Part shown: positions 36,018 to 44,681 of the stretch, in pieces | Position numbering within the stretch: position 1 is the stretch's first letter | Layout: each line of letters opens with the position of its first letter | Assembly (NCBI GenBank): GCA_035510155.1 | Contig: DATKHR010000111.1 | Coordinates: 3-64,002, forward strand | DNA from: Vicinamibacterales bacterium | GTDB lineage: Bacteria; Acidobacteriota; Vicinamibacteria; Vicinamibacterales; CAVVIG01 | DNA length: 64,000 bases | Direction of reading: 5' to 3' | Notes under the pieces: generated by a model | Databases searched by the model: none | The model's input: only the letters and a program-made list of their open reading frames with translations | Told to the model about the DNA's origin: nothing | Made by a program: the position numbers and the translations under genes

Positions 36018-38828
36018 TCAGCGAGGCTGCTCGCTCGGCACGGCCGCCTCCTGCGGCGACAGGACGGCGCTCGGCACGACGGCCGGATACGGCGCGGGCA
36101 CTTTCGCCAACCGGTCGACGGTCCGCCGCAGTGACGGCAACGTCACCGCTCGACTGACCAGTTGCATCGCCGCCCGCGCGTGACGCGGCCTCGCCCTCAA
36201 GGGCTGCGCGAGCGCCCGCTTCACCTCCTCGGCCGACCGGCGCGCGCGGAACTCCGCGTGCACGAGCGCGTGCAGGGCGCGGTAGAAGTCGGGCACATAG
36301 GTCGCGTGGTACATCATGGCCAGGTCGTTTGAATCGACCCAGTTCTGTTTCTGCCCGAGCTGCGACTGCACGCGCTGGTAGAAGGGCGTGCCGGGAAGCG
36401 GGTAAGACACCGACACGCCGATGTCATCCGGGCGGCAGACGCGAACCATCTCGAGCGTCTTGTCGATGTCTTCGCGCGTTTCGCCCGGGTAGCCGAACTG
36501 GAGGAAGAAGCCCACGTGGATCCCGGCCTCGTGGAGCAGCCGGGTTGCGCGCTCGATTTGTTCGACACGCGTCCCCTTTTCCATCGCGTCGAGCACCCGC
36601 TGCGACCCGGACTCTGCCCCAATCCAGGCCGTCTGGCACGCCGCGTGTCCGAGCGCGGCCGCGAAGTCCGCCGTCACCTGATCGGCGCGCAGCAGGCACT
36701 TGAAAGGAATGGCGGCGTCGCGATGGTCGACGAACTCCGCAAAGCGCTCGATCCATCCGGGCTTCAACCCAAAGATGTCGTCGGCGATCCAGAGATGGTC
36801 CGGCGCATAAAGCTGCTTCAGCCAGACCATCTCCTCGACGACGTGCTCCGGGGTCCGTGCGGTGTAGCGCTGGCCGTAAATCGGTTTTGCGCACCAGTTG
36901 CAGTGGTACGGACACCCTCGGGTCGTCGCGATGTTCATCGAGAAGTAGCCGTGATGCGAGCGCCAGATGGCTCGATAGCGCGCAACTTCGACGAGGTCCC
37001 AGGCCGGGAGCGGCAAGGAGCCCAGGTCGCGAATGATGTCCCTGGCCCTGGTGCGCACGACGCCCGCCCGGCCCTCGAGATAGGACAGCCCGTCGATCGT
37101 CTCGAGCCCGCCGGATCTGCGCCCGGTAAGCACATCGAGCAGCTCGACCAGCGTGGTTTCCCCCTCGCCCGTTACGACCACGTCGGCTCCGCCCTCGAGG
37201 TAGATCGCCGCGTGGTCGGTCGCATCCGACCCCGACACGATGGTCGGGATGCGGCGCGCTTTCGCGCTGGCAATCATCGCAAGCGCCGCCTGCCGCATGC
37301 GCAGCAGGCACATCTTAGTGAGGTAGTTAAAGTTGTCCTCGTAGATCACCGCGAAGCGTGGCTGGTGGCGATCAAGAGCGGCAGTCCACTCCTGCTCTGA
37401 TTCGGCGAGCATTGCGTCGAACAACGCGACCCCGTAGCCGCGCTCACGAGCACAGGCCGCCGCGTAGAGCGCGCCGAGCGGCGCGTAAGGCTGCTGCGCT
37501 TCCCAAAGCTTCGGATCGAAGCGCAGATAGTAGGCTTGGCCGAACAGGACGTCGACTCCGGCCGTCGCCGGAATCGGCCGTGAGGGTGCGTTGGCCGCGC
37601 GGCCGGCGCCCGGGCTCGCGACTCTCGCCGACCTGACTTCTTTCCGAGGATCGACCTGCGCAGCCGCGGGCACGAGCGCTGGCTTCACTCTCCCAGTCAC
37701 GACGCGCTGGTAGACGTCCAGGCTCTGTCGGGCCGCACGCGCCCACGAAAACTCGTCGGAGCGCGCGCGACCCGCCACCGCGAGCGCGTGGCGGCGACCA
37801 GGATCGCGCGCGAGCCGAACAAGCGCGGCGCCCAGAGCGTCGGTATCGATCCGATCGACCTGCTCGACCGCGAGGCCGCCGACTTCCGCGACTGCCGCGG
37901 CGCGGCCAGTCACCACCGGCGTGCCGCACGCCATGGCTTCGATGACCGGCAGGCCGAAGCCCTCGTACATCGAGGGATAGACGAACATCTCCGCGGCGCT
38001 GTAGAGTGCCGGCAGGTCCTCGAACGGCACATACCCCGTGAACGTGATCGCGTCGCCGACTCGTGATCGGGCGATCACATCTTCAACGCCCCGCGACAGC
38101 CACCCGTACGGACCCACACAGACCAGTCGGTGATTCAGTTCGCCGCGGCGGTGGCGCTCCGCGAACGCTTCGATCAGGACGGGAAGGTTCTTCCGCGGCT
38201 CAATGGTGCCGACGTACAGAATGATCCGGCGATCTCCAGGCCCGTTGCCGTCTACCAAGCCGTACTTGCGCTTCACACGATCGATCGCCGCCTCGTCGGT
38301 GACCCGGCGGAATTGGGACGCCGCGGCTTCATAGACGACGTGCACACGCCGATCGTCCAGCCGATAGTGGCGGACGATGTCGCGTTTCGCGCTTTCCGAG
38401 ACCGTGATTAACGCATCTGCTTTGCGGGCGGCGAGATCCATGAGCGGCCGGTTCAAGAGCACGCGGCGTACAGGGTGATAGCTGGGGAGGAGCCGCAAGC
38501 TCATGTCGTGAATCGTCACGACGGTCGGCGCGCTGGTGACGATTGGCATCATGCCGTTCGTGAAATGGGCGACGTCGGCGCGCATCTCTCTGAGCATCGC
38601 GGGCACGCGCGTCTGCATCCACACGAAGCGCGGAAGGCGGCGCGTGTCCTGGAACACCTGCACGTGCCGGGAAAGCGGTGTCGCGGTCTCTACCGCGCAG
38701 TTCGAGATGACGACGATCTCGTCGTCCGGCGCCGCGGCGTCAGCGAGATGATGGAGCAAATGTTCGGCGTAGTAGCCGACACCCGTCCGATTCGGCCGAA
38801 GCGCCGAGCCATCAAAGGCGATGCGCAT
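36018..38828 (-). CDS. Fusion protein: GT4 glycosyltransferase (N-terminal) plus B12-binding radical SAM domain (C-terminal)
   Basis: Single uninterrupted frame. GT4 part about 38828-37692 (MRIAFDGS..., EPRKN, YPSMYEGFGLPVIEAMACGTPVV). Pro/Ala-rich linker about 37691-37560. B12/radical SAM part about 37559-36021 with GCPYHCNWC at 36891-36914. Confidence 0.8.
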   Translation of the reverse strand: MRIAFDGSALRPNRTGVGYYAEHLLHHLADAAAPDDEIVVISNCAVETATPLSRHVQVFQDTRRLPRFVWMQTRVPAMLREMRADVAHFTNGMMPIVTSAPTVVTIHDMSLRLLPSYHPVRRVLLNRPLMDLAARKADALITVSESAKRDIVRHYRLDDRRVHVVYEAAASQFRRVTDEAAIDRVKRKYGLVDGNGPGDRRIILYVGTIEPRKNLPVLIEAFAERHRRGELNHRLVCVGPYGWLSRGVEDVIARSRVGDAITFTGYVPFEDLPALYSAAEMFVYPSMYEGFGLPVIEAMACGTPVVTGRAAAVAEVGGLAVEQVDRIDTDALGAALVRLARDPGRRHALAVAGRARSDEFSWARAARQSLDVYQRVVTGRVKPALVPAAAQVDPRKEVRSARVASPGAGRAANAPSRPIPATAGVDVLFGQAYYLRFDPKLWEAQQPYAPLGALYAAACARERGYGVALFDAMLAESEQEWTAALDRHQPRFAVIYEDNFNYLTKMCLLRMRQAALAMIASAKARRIPTIVSGSDATDHAAIYLEGGADVVVTGEGETTLVELLDVLTGRRSGGLETIDGLSYLEGRAGVVRTRARDIIRDLGSLPLPAWDLVEVARYRAIWRSHHGYFSMNIATTRGCPYHCNWCAKPIYGQRYTARTPEHVVEEMVWLKQLYAPDHLWIADDIFGLKPGWIERFAEFVDHRDAAIPFKCLLRADQVTADFAAALGHAACQTAWIGAESGSQRVLDAMEKGTRVEQIERATRLLHEAGIHVGFFLQFGYPGETREDIDKTLEMVRVCRPDDIGVSVSYPLPGTPFYQRVQSQLGQKQNWVDSNDLAMMYHATYVPDFYRALHALVHAEFRARRSAEEVKRALAQPLRARPRHARAAMQLVSRAVTLPSLRRTVDRLAKVPAPYPAVVPSAVLSPQEAAVPSEQPR

Positions 38829-40509
38829 CGGCAGCAGGCTCCACAGCTCCCCGCGGCACGGCCGCGGCAAATCCAAGGGTCAACGAAAAGAGGATGTAGG
38901 TGGGGGCGAAGCTGATGAAAGAATCGAACAGGGCGTGCAGAACGATGGCCACGCCCGCGGCTGCCACGGCCACTCGCCTCGGGTCGATGCTCTTGCAACA
39001 CGAGACAAACACCGTGACCGCTTCACGCAGAAACCATACAAATGCGATGGCGGCGACCAGACCACCACTCACGAGCACTTCGAGATACATATTGTTGCTG
39101 TGGGTCCGAGCGTCGGCGTTCTGCAGGCCGGCGTAGGGCCCGTAAAGCAATCGAAAGTTGTCCGGGCCAACGCCCAGAAACGGATGAGCTGCAATCATCC
39201 GCGCTGCGGCGCGCCACAGAACGAGCCGGCCCGGGCGGACCGCGGGTCGAGGTCGATCCGTCGTGATGAACGATTCCCCCGTCGATTCGCCGGTCACCGT
39301 GGCCAGCGAAACAGTTGATGGCAGCGCCCCTTGCTCGGTGCTGAACCAGAGCAACCCCTCTTGCAGCACATCCCATTCGAGCTGGTAGGCGCCCGGGCGA
39401 TGCGGCGCGCGGACGAGCGCATGCACCGTCGCGGTCTCGCCCGGCTCGACAGGACGATCGAAGGCGGTTCGCGCGCCGTTGAAGGCCACGACGCGATCGC
39501 CGTTCTCCGCGAGCCAGTGATACGACACGAGAATCGGCGGATCTTCGGCTGAATCCCACACCAGGCGGCCGGTGTTGCTGACCGCGATGGGAATGCGCCG
39601 CTCGTCGCCTGTCGCCATCGAGAGACTCTTGGGGGCGTCGATACGCGCGCGATACCAAGTGTCTTGACCCTCTGTCGTGAATCGGAGCCACAAGGACTGC
39701 GCGGATCGCGACGAGACGAAGAACCCGACCACGACGACCGACAGCGCGGCCAGCAGCACGGTGCCCGTGTCCAGCCCGCGCCGAGTGGCCCGCGCCGCAC
39801 CCACGAGCAGCACGCTGGCGGCCATCGTGATCAACCCCGCGCGAGTAAACGTCAAAGTGATTGCACCGCCAATTGCGGCAAGCGCGAGAAACCACAAAGC
39901 GGTCCGGAGACGGGACGAAGCGTCGACTGCCGCAAGGAGGAGCCCGAGACCGAAGGCAAAGACGACTTCCAGATACATCGAGGCAATCGTCGGATATTGA
40001 AGGGGCCCGCCCGCACGGACCTGGGCGCCGACGACGCTGACCGACGGCCGAAACGCTTGCAGCCACCTCAGCACGACATCAACCTGAGCCGATTCCAACA
40101 TCGCGAGGGCGGCGACCAGCACGCCTGAAGCGACTGAAAGCGACAGTGCCGTCCGCAGACGCCGCTCGGTCGTCAGACCGTCAACCGTCAGCCGATACAC
40201 GGCTGCGGCCGCCAACAGCCGGCCCGTCATGTGCCACGCGTTCAAATGAGCGGCCGGCGCGACCGCAGCGGCGATGGCCATTGCCGCGAGGAACACCGCT
40301 CCGGCTCTTCCAAGGTGGGCGTGCGGACCCCAACCGACCCCTCGCCTCACCCACGCCAGCGCGGCCGCCCAGGTGGCCAGCGTCAGGAGCAGCACAGCTT
40401 CCAGGTTGCTGATCGCCTGCCACGGCAGTCGAACGAGCGGCTTTGTCATCTCGAACGGAGCAAGCGTCGCCAACAGAAACACCCCGGCTGCGGCAATGAC
40501 GCTTGTCAT
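38812..40509 (-). CDS. O-antigen ligase/polymerase-like (Wzy_C family) membrane protein with an inserted Ig-like soluble domain
   Basis: ORF 38812..40902 trimmed to ATG 40509 (MTSVIAAAGVFLLATL). About 10 TM helices. Soluble insert IAVSNTGRLVWDS...SYHWL...PGETATV...PGAYQLEWDVLQEGLLWF. C-terminal GVGPDNF...HSNNMYLEVL is typical of the O-antigen ligase family. Confidence 0.7.
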   Translation of the reverse strand: MTSVIAAAGVFLLATLAPFEMTKPLVRLPWQAISNLEAVLLLTLATWAAALAWVRRGVGWGPHAHLGRAGAVFLAAMAIAAAVAPAAHLNAWHMTGRLLAAAAVYRLTVDGLTTERRLRTALSLSVASGVLVAALAMLESAQVDVVLRWLQAFRPSVSVVGAQVRAGGPLQYPTIASMYLEVVFAFGLGLLLAAVDASSRLRTALWFLALAAIGGAITLTFTRAGLITMAASVLLVGAARATRRGLDTGTVLLAALSVVVVGFFVSSRSAQSLWLRFTTEGQDTWYRARIDAPKSLSMATGDERRIPIAVSNTGRLVWDSAEDPPILVSYHWLAENGDRVVAFNGARTAFDRPVEPGETATVHALVRAPHRPGAYQLEWDVLQEGLLWFSTEQGALPSTVSLATVTGESTGESFITTDRPRPAVRPGRLVLWRAAARMIAAHPFLGVGPDNFRLLYGPYAGLQNADARTHSNNMYLEVLVSGGLVAAIAFVWFLREAVTVFVSCCKSIDPRRVAVAAAGVAIVLHALFDSFISFAPTYILFSLTLGFAAAVPRGAVEPAADAHRL

Positions 40510-40608
40510 GCAGGCCCCCGAAGCCAGTTCCAAGAACCTTGCCACTCCCCACGGGATGGCTGCTGAGGGGTGGGGCCAAGGCACGCTCGCTGCATACGAG
40601 CGGGGCGG

Positions 40609-41883
40609 ATGCGGTTTGCTTCCCTTTCGAGCCGTGCGCTCCAGACCAGCCGGGGAGTGACGCTTACGGGGGGCGAAAGCCCGTTTCAAAGCGCGAAATT
40701 GCGGCGCTTTTACCTGTTCGCCTACAAAGCGTTCGCCGACGTCACCGCCAGGGGATCGCTGTTCATCGTCACGCTTCTCGCCGCGCGCCGTCTGTCGCCC
40801 TGGGAGTTCGGGGTGTTCGGGCTGGGCACCACGCTCGGCTGGATGCTGGCGGTTGCGACCGATTTCGGCGTGCAGATGCACCTGGCGCGTGCGGTGGCAC
40901 AAGCGCCGGGTGATGCCCGCGCGATGCTCGCCCGATGGTGGCGCGTGAGGTTGATCACCTCAGCGTTGGGGCTGGGCCTCCTCGTAGTGGCGCTGACGGC
41001 GTTTGGCGCACGCCGCACCCTGGCGGTGCCGGTCGTGCTGCTTGCGCTCGTGTATGCGGTGACGAGTCTCGTCGAGCTGATCAATTACTTCTACAGAGGC
41101 CTGTCTCGCAGCGATATCGAGTCGACCCTGACCCTGTGGCAACGCGTCGCAACGCTGGCGCTCGGCATTGGCGCGCTCCTCTGGCGGCCGAGCGTGGCGG
41201 TTCTGGCGGCTGCGCTCCTCGTGCCTCCGCTTGCCGCGCTCACGTGGAGCGCGCGGTTCGCCATGCGCGACGGCCCGGCGAACGCGCCACCGCCAGAGGA
41301 CAGCTTCATTCACGACGTCTTTCCGATCGGGTTGGGCATTGTCCTTTCCGCGTTGTACTTCCGGGTCGACGTGCTGCTCGTCCAGCTCTGGCTCGGGACC
41401 GAGGCCGTGGCTGGCTACAACGCCGTCTTTCGATTGATCGACGCGCTGCGGCTCTTTCCGGCGGCCGCGCTCGCCGTCGTGCTGCCCACCCTGTGTCGCG
41501 CCGATGACCTCCGGCCGCTCGTGCAGGTTTCGGTCGCTGTGACCGCATTCGCGATCATCGCGGCCGCGCTCTTGTGGGCCCTGTCGGACCGTGTGGTGAC
41601 GCTTGCGTTCGGCGAGCACTACCGGACGGCTGTGCCGGCCTTCCGGATCCTCGCGCTGGCATTTCCGCTGCTCTCGCTCAATTTCGCGCTGACGCACCAG
41701 CTCATCGGCTGGAACCGTCAACACTCCTACGCGGTGATCGCAGGAGCGGCGCTCTTCGCGAACCTTGCGCTGAACGCCTGGCTCATTCCGGCGCTGTCGA
41801 TCGAAGGGGCCGCGTGGGCGACGCTAGGGACCGAATTGTGCGTCACGTCCGGCTGTCTCGTGGCGCTGAGGGCGAGGGGATGA
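40609..41883 (+). CDS. Polysaccharide biosynthesis protein / MOP-superfamily flippase (Wzx-like)
   Basis: About 12 TM helices. N-terminal KAFADVTARGSLFIVTLLAARRLSPWEFGVFG is typical of Wzx-type flippases. Start ATG 40609 or GTG 40570. Divergent from the Wzy-like gene. Confidence 0.7.
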   Translation: MRFASLSSRALQTSRGVTLTGGESPFQSAKLRRFYLFAYKAFADVTARGSLFIVTLLAARRLSPWEFGVFGLGTTLGWMLAVATDFGVQMHLARAVAQAPGDARAMLARWWRVRLITSALGLGLLVVALTAFGARRTLAVPVVLLALVYAVTSLVELINYFYRGLSRSDIESTLTLWQRVATLALGIGALLWRPSVAVLAAALLVPPLAALTWSARFAMRDGPANAPPPEDSFIHDVFPIGLGIVLSALYFRVDVLLVQLWLGTEAVAGYNAVFRLIDALRLFPAAALAVVLPTLCRADDLRPLVQVSVAVTAFAIIAAALLWALSDRVVTLAFGEHYRTAVPAFRILALAFPLLSLNFALTHQLIGWNRQHSYAVIAGAALFANLALNAWLIPALSIEGAAWATLGTELCVTSGCLVALRARG

Positions 41884-42794
41884 TGAGCCGGCAAGAGCTC
41901 GCCATCGTGCGCACAGTCACCTACGCGTCGCTCTTCGACTACCCGCTCACGCTCGAACAGCTGCGGCTCACGTTGATCTCGCTCGAGATGTCCCGCGACG
42001 AGATCCTCGCGACCTACGATGCCAGCGCACGTCTGCGATCGATGATCGACTACCGGGACGGCTTCTTCTTCCCGGCGGGACGCGGCGACCTCGTCGGCGA
42101 GCGCCGCCGGCGCGAAGCCCGCAGCCGCGAGTTCCTCGCGCGTCACGCCCGACTCCTCCAGTGGGTGTGCGCGCTGCCCTTCACGCGAACGGTCGCCCTC
42201 TCGGGCAGCATCGCGCATCTCAACCTCGAGGACGGCGGCGATCTCGACCTCTTCATCGTCACACGCGGTCGGCGAGTCTGGATGGTCACCGTCGCGATGA
42301 TTCTGATGACCCGGCTCCTCGGCGCGCGACGGATCGTCTGCGCGAATCTCGTCATGTCTGATACCCATCTGGCGATCGAGGAGCAGGATCTGTTCACGGC
42401 AAACCAGGTGCTCCACCTCAAGCCTCTCATCGGGCCGGAGGTCCTCGAAGGCTTCGTTGCCGCCAATCCGTTCGTCGCGAGGTTCTATCCCAACCGGGCG
42501 CGTCGAGCTGAGACCGCTTTCGCAATTCACCGGGGGCGAGCGCTCAGATGGCTGAAGGCTGCGGCTGAGTGGCTGCTGATCGTCCCATCGCCGGCGCTCG
42601 AGGCGCTCTGCCGCCATGCCTATGCGTGGCATCTGAAGCGGCGTTCCGTGTCCTGGCGATCGCCCGAGCAAGTGCGCCTGCAGCCTGACTACCTCAAGCT
42701 TCACACTCACAGCCACCGTCAATCGGTCCTCGAGCAGTTCGACCGGCGGGTCGACGAAGCGCTCGGACGAGGTGAGCGCGCGGCAATCGCGTAG
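41880..42794 (+). CDS. Hypothetical protein with Pol-beta-type nucleotidyltransferase-like motif
   Basis: ATG 41880 overlaps the flippase stop (ATGA). GSIAHLNLEDGGDLDLFIV fits the G-S-x(9-13)-D-x-D minimal nucleotidyltransferase signature. The rest is unrecognised. Confidence 0.45.
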   Translation: MMSRQELAIVRTVTYASLFDYPLTLEQLRLTLISLEMSRDEILATYDASARLRSMIDYRDGFFFPAGRGDLVGERRRREARSREFLARHARLLQWVCALPFTRTVALSGSIAHLNLEDGGDLDLFIVTRGRRVWMVTVAMILMTRLLGARRIVCANLVMSDTHLAIEEQDLFTANQVLHLKPLIGPEVLEGFVAANPFVARFYPNRARRAETAFAIHRGRALRWLKAAAEWLLIVPSPALEALCRHAYAWHLKRRSVSWRSPEQVRLQPDYLKLHTHSHRQSVLEQFDRRVDEALGRGERAAIA

Positions 42795-42827
42795 ACCGTT
42801 CAGGCGCTACTATAAAGAACGACGCTG

Positions 42828-43253
42828 ATGAAGCGCGTTCCCCTTCTCCCGACCGCTGGCGCGGTGCTCGCGGCGGCATGCGCGGTGATAGCCACCGCCT
42901 GTCGATCCTCTCCACGGCCCGCCGTCAAGGACGTCGTGGTCTGGAAGGAAGTCGGCTCGTGGTCTGGACGCGGCAACGCGCAAACCGAAACGTTCACGAG
43001 CGATACAGGCGGCTTTCGCGTTCGCTGGGAAACCAGAAATGAAACGCGGCCGGGCGCCGGCGCACTAAAAGTCATCTTCCGAAGCGGCGACAGCGGCCGA
43101 CCCATCATGGAGGCGGTTGACGCGCGCGGCGTCGGCCGCGACGAGGAAGAGATCGCCGACCTCGTTCGCTGGTACTACCTGACGATCGAATCGGCGAACG
43201 TCGACTGGACCGTGAGCGTCGACGAGCGCCTCCGCGGCCACGTCCCACGGTAG
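42828..43253 (+). CDS. Hypothetical lipoprotein
   Basis: 141 aa. Lipobox VIATAC|RS. No family recognised. 3 nt upstream of the next gene. Confidence 0.5.
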   Translation: MKRVPLLPTAGAVLAAACAVIATACRSSPRPAVKDVVVWKEVGSWSGRGNAQTETFTSDTGGFRVRWETRNETRPGAGALKVIFRSGDSGRPIMEAVDARGVGRDEEEIADLVRWYYLTIESANVDWTVSVDERLRGHVPR

Positions 43254-43256
43254 ACG

Positions 43257-44639
43257 ATGGTGGTCCTTCGAGAAAGACACTTGAACGTTCTGGCGGCCAT
43301 CGCCGTCTTGACGGCCGCCGCGTGCAGCAGCTCAACGCCGACGCCCCCGCACATGACTCCCGCCGCTCCCGTGACGGTTACCGGAAAGGAGCATCTGACG
43401 TGGGATCAGAGCGCGGCGAGCTCCGCGGAGCTTTCCATGATTGGCTTCAACATCTACATCGACGGCTTGCCCTCGATATTCACAGGCGTGGACTGCACCC
43501 CCACCGGGACGTCGGGAGAGACGGCCGGCCTTTTCGAGTGCAAAGCTCCGCTCCCGCCGATGACCGTCGGCGGCCACTCCCTGGAGCTCACCTCGTTCTT
43601 CCAGGACAGCCCAACCGTCGAGAGCGCGAAAGCGGGGCCCCTGCTTGTCACGGTTGTGGGCGCCACGACAATGACGCGGCAACAGCCAGGACAGGCGGCG
43701 GCTCCCGTTGCAACGCCCTCGGGGCGCCGGGCCTCTGCGGGGGAGGCCGCGGCTGGAATCGACGCTCGCGCATGGCCCCCTGCCGCGGTCCGACTCGCCG
43801 ACGGCCTGGATCGTCCGGCGGATCTGGCGTTCACGCCCGATGGCCGGCTCTGGATCGCCGAGCGCAGCGGCCGCGTGCGCGTCCTGCAGGACGGCGCTGT
43901 TCTGGTTGAACCCGCGCTGACGCTGGCGGCGCCCGCTGGCGGCGGAGGCGCCATTGTCGCCCTGGCGGTCGATCCGCAGTTCGCCCGGAGCCATTTCATC
44001 TTCGCGATCTACACGGCACGATCGCGCCAACCCGGAATTGGTGGCGCGGTCGGCCCGCGGTCGGGCCCGTTGACGTTTACGCTGGCGCGATTCCGCGAAG
44101 CCGCGAACACGCTTGCCGACCGCATCGTGATTCTGGATGATGTGCCGGCGTCGCTCGAGGCGCGCGCCGCGCTGCGGTTCGGTCCAGACGGAAAGCTGTA
44201 TGCCGCGTTCGACAATGGGGGGGACGATCAGCTGATCGAGGATCTGGCGTCATTCAACGGCAAGATTCTCAGGTTGAATCCCGATGGGACGACGCCGGAT
44301 GATGCCGCGCGCAAATCGCCGGTCTTCATGTCAGGGATGACGTCGCCGCGCGGGCTCGCGTGGCACTGGCGCTCGGGCCAAATGTGGGCGGCCGACGAAC
44401 GGCGCGTCGGCGCGGTCCCGTGGGACAACGCGCCTGCGGCGCTCGCGATCCTTCAGGACGACCTCTTTGTCGGATCGGATGTAGGATTGAGGCGCGGGCG
44501 AATCGACGAACAGCATCCGTCGCGGCTCACGCGAACGGCGGACGTGCTGCGCAACCTGCCGGTTCACGCGGTCGCCGCGGGACCCGACGGCGCGCTGTAT
44601 TTCGCGACGGACGGCGCGCTCGGGCGTCTTCAGGAGTGA
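43257..44639 (+). CDS. PQQ-dependent sugar (glucose/sorbosone) dehydrogenase-like beta-propeller lipoprotein with N-terminal Ig-like domain
   Basis: 460 aa. Lipobox LTAAAC|SS. LADGLDRPADLAFTPDGRLWIAERSGRVRVL is the hallmark first blade of GSDH-family propellers. Confidence 0.65.
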   Translation: MVVLRERHLNVLAAIAVLTAAACSSSTPTPPHMTPAAPVTVTGKEHLTWDQSAASSAELSMIGFNIYIDGLPSIFTGVDCTPTGTSGETAGLFECKAPLPPMTVGGHSLELTSFFQDSPTVESAKAGPLLVTVVGATTMTRQQPGQAAAPVATPSGRRASAGEAAAGIDARAWPPAAVRLADGLDRPADLAFTPDGRLWIAERSGRVRVLQDGAVLVEPALTLAAPAGGGGAIVALAVDPQFARSHFIFAIYTARSRQPGIGGAVGPRSGPLTFTLARFREAANTLADRIVILDDVPASLEARAALRFGPDGKLYAAFDNGGDDQLIEDLASFNGKILRLNPDGTTPDDAARKSPVFMSGMTSPRGLAWHWRSGQMWAADERRVGAVPWDNAPAALAILQDDLFVGSDVGLRRGRIDEQHPSRLTRTADVLRNLPVHAVAAGPDGALYFATDGALGRLQE

Positions 44640-44681
44640 CTCTCCCATGGCTCATGGCTGATCCCTGATGGCCAATCGCTG

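Noticed and set aside
34900-36100. Search for a RiPP precursor peptide next to the SPASM radical SAM gene
   Set aside because: The gaps are 37 nt or less. No short ORF with a leader/core-like composition appears on either strand, so the locus is interpreted as glycan/small-molecule tailoring rather than RiPP biosynthesis.
39023-40066. 347-aa alternative-frame ORF within the Wzy-like gene. Comparable cases are 36424..37311, 35313..35852, 40960..41724 and 57016..58119.
   Set aside because: These are same-locus alternative or antisense frames with low-complexity Arg/Gly/Pro translations. The competing frames carry TM helices or catalytic motifs.
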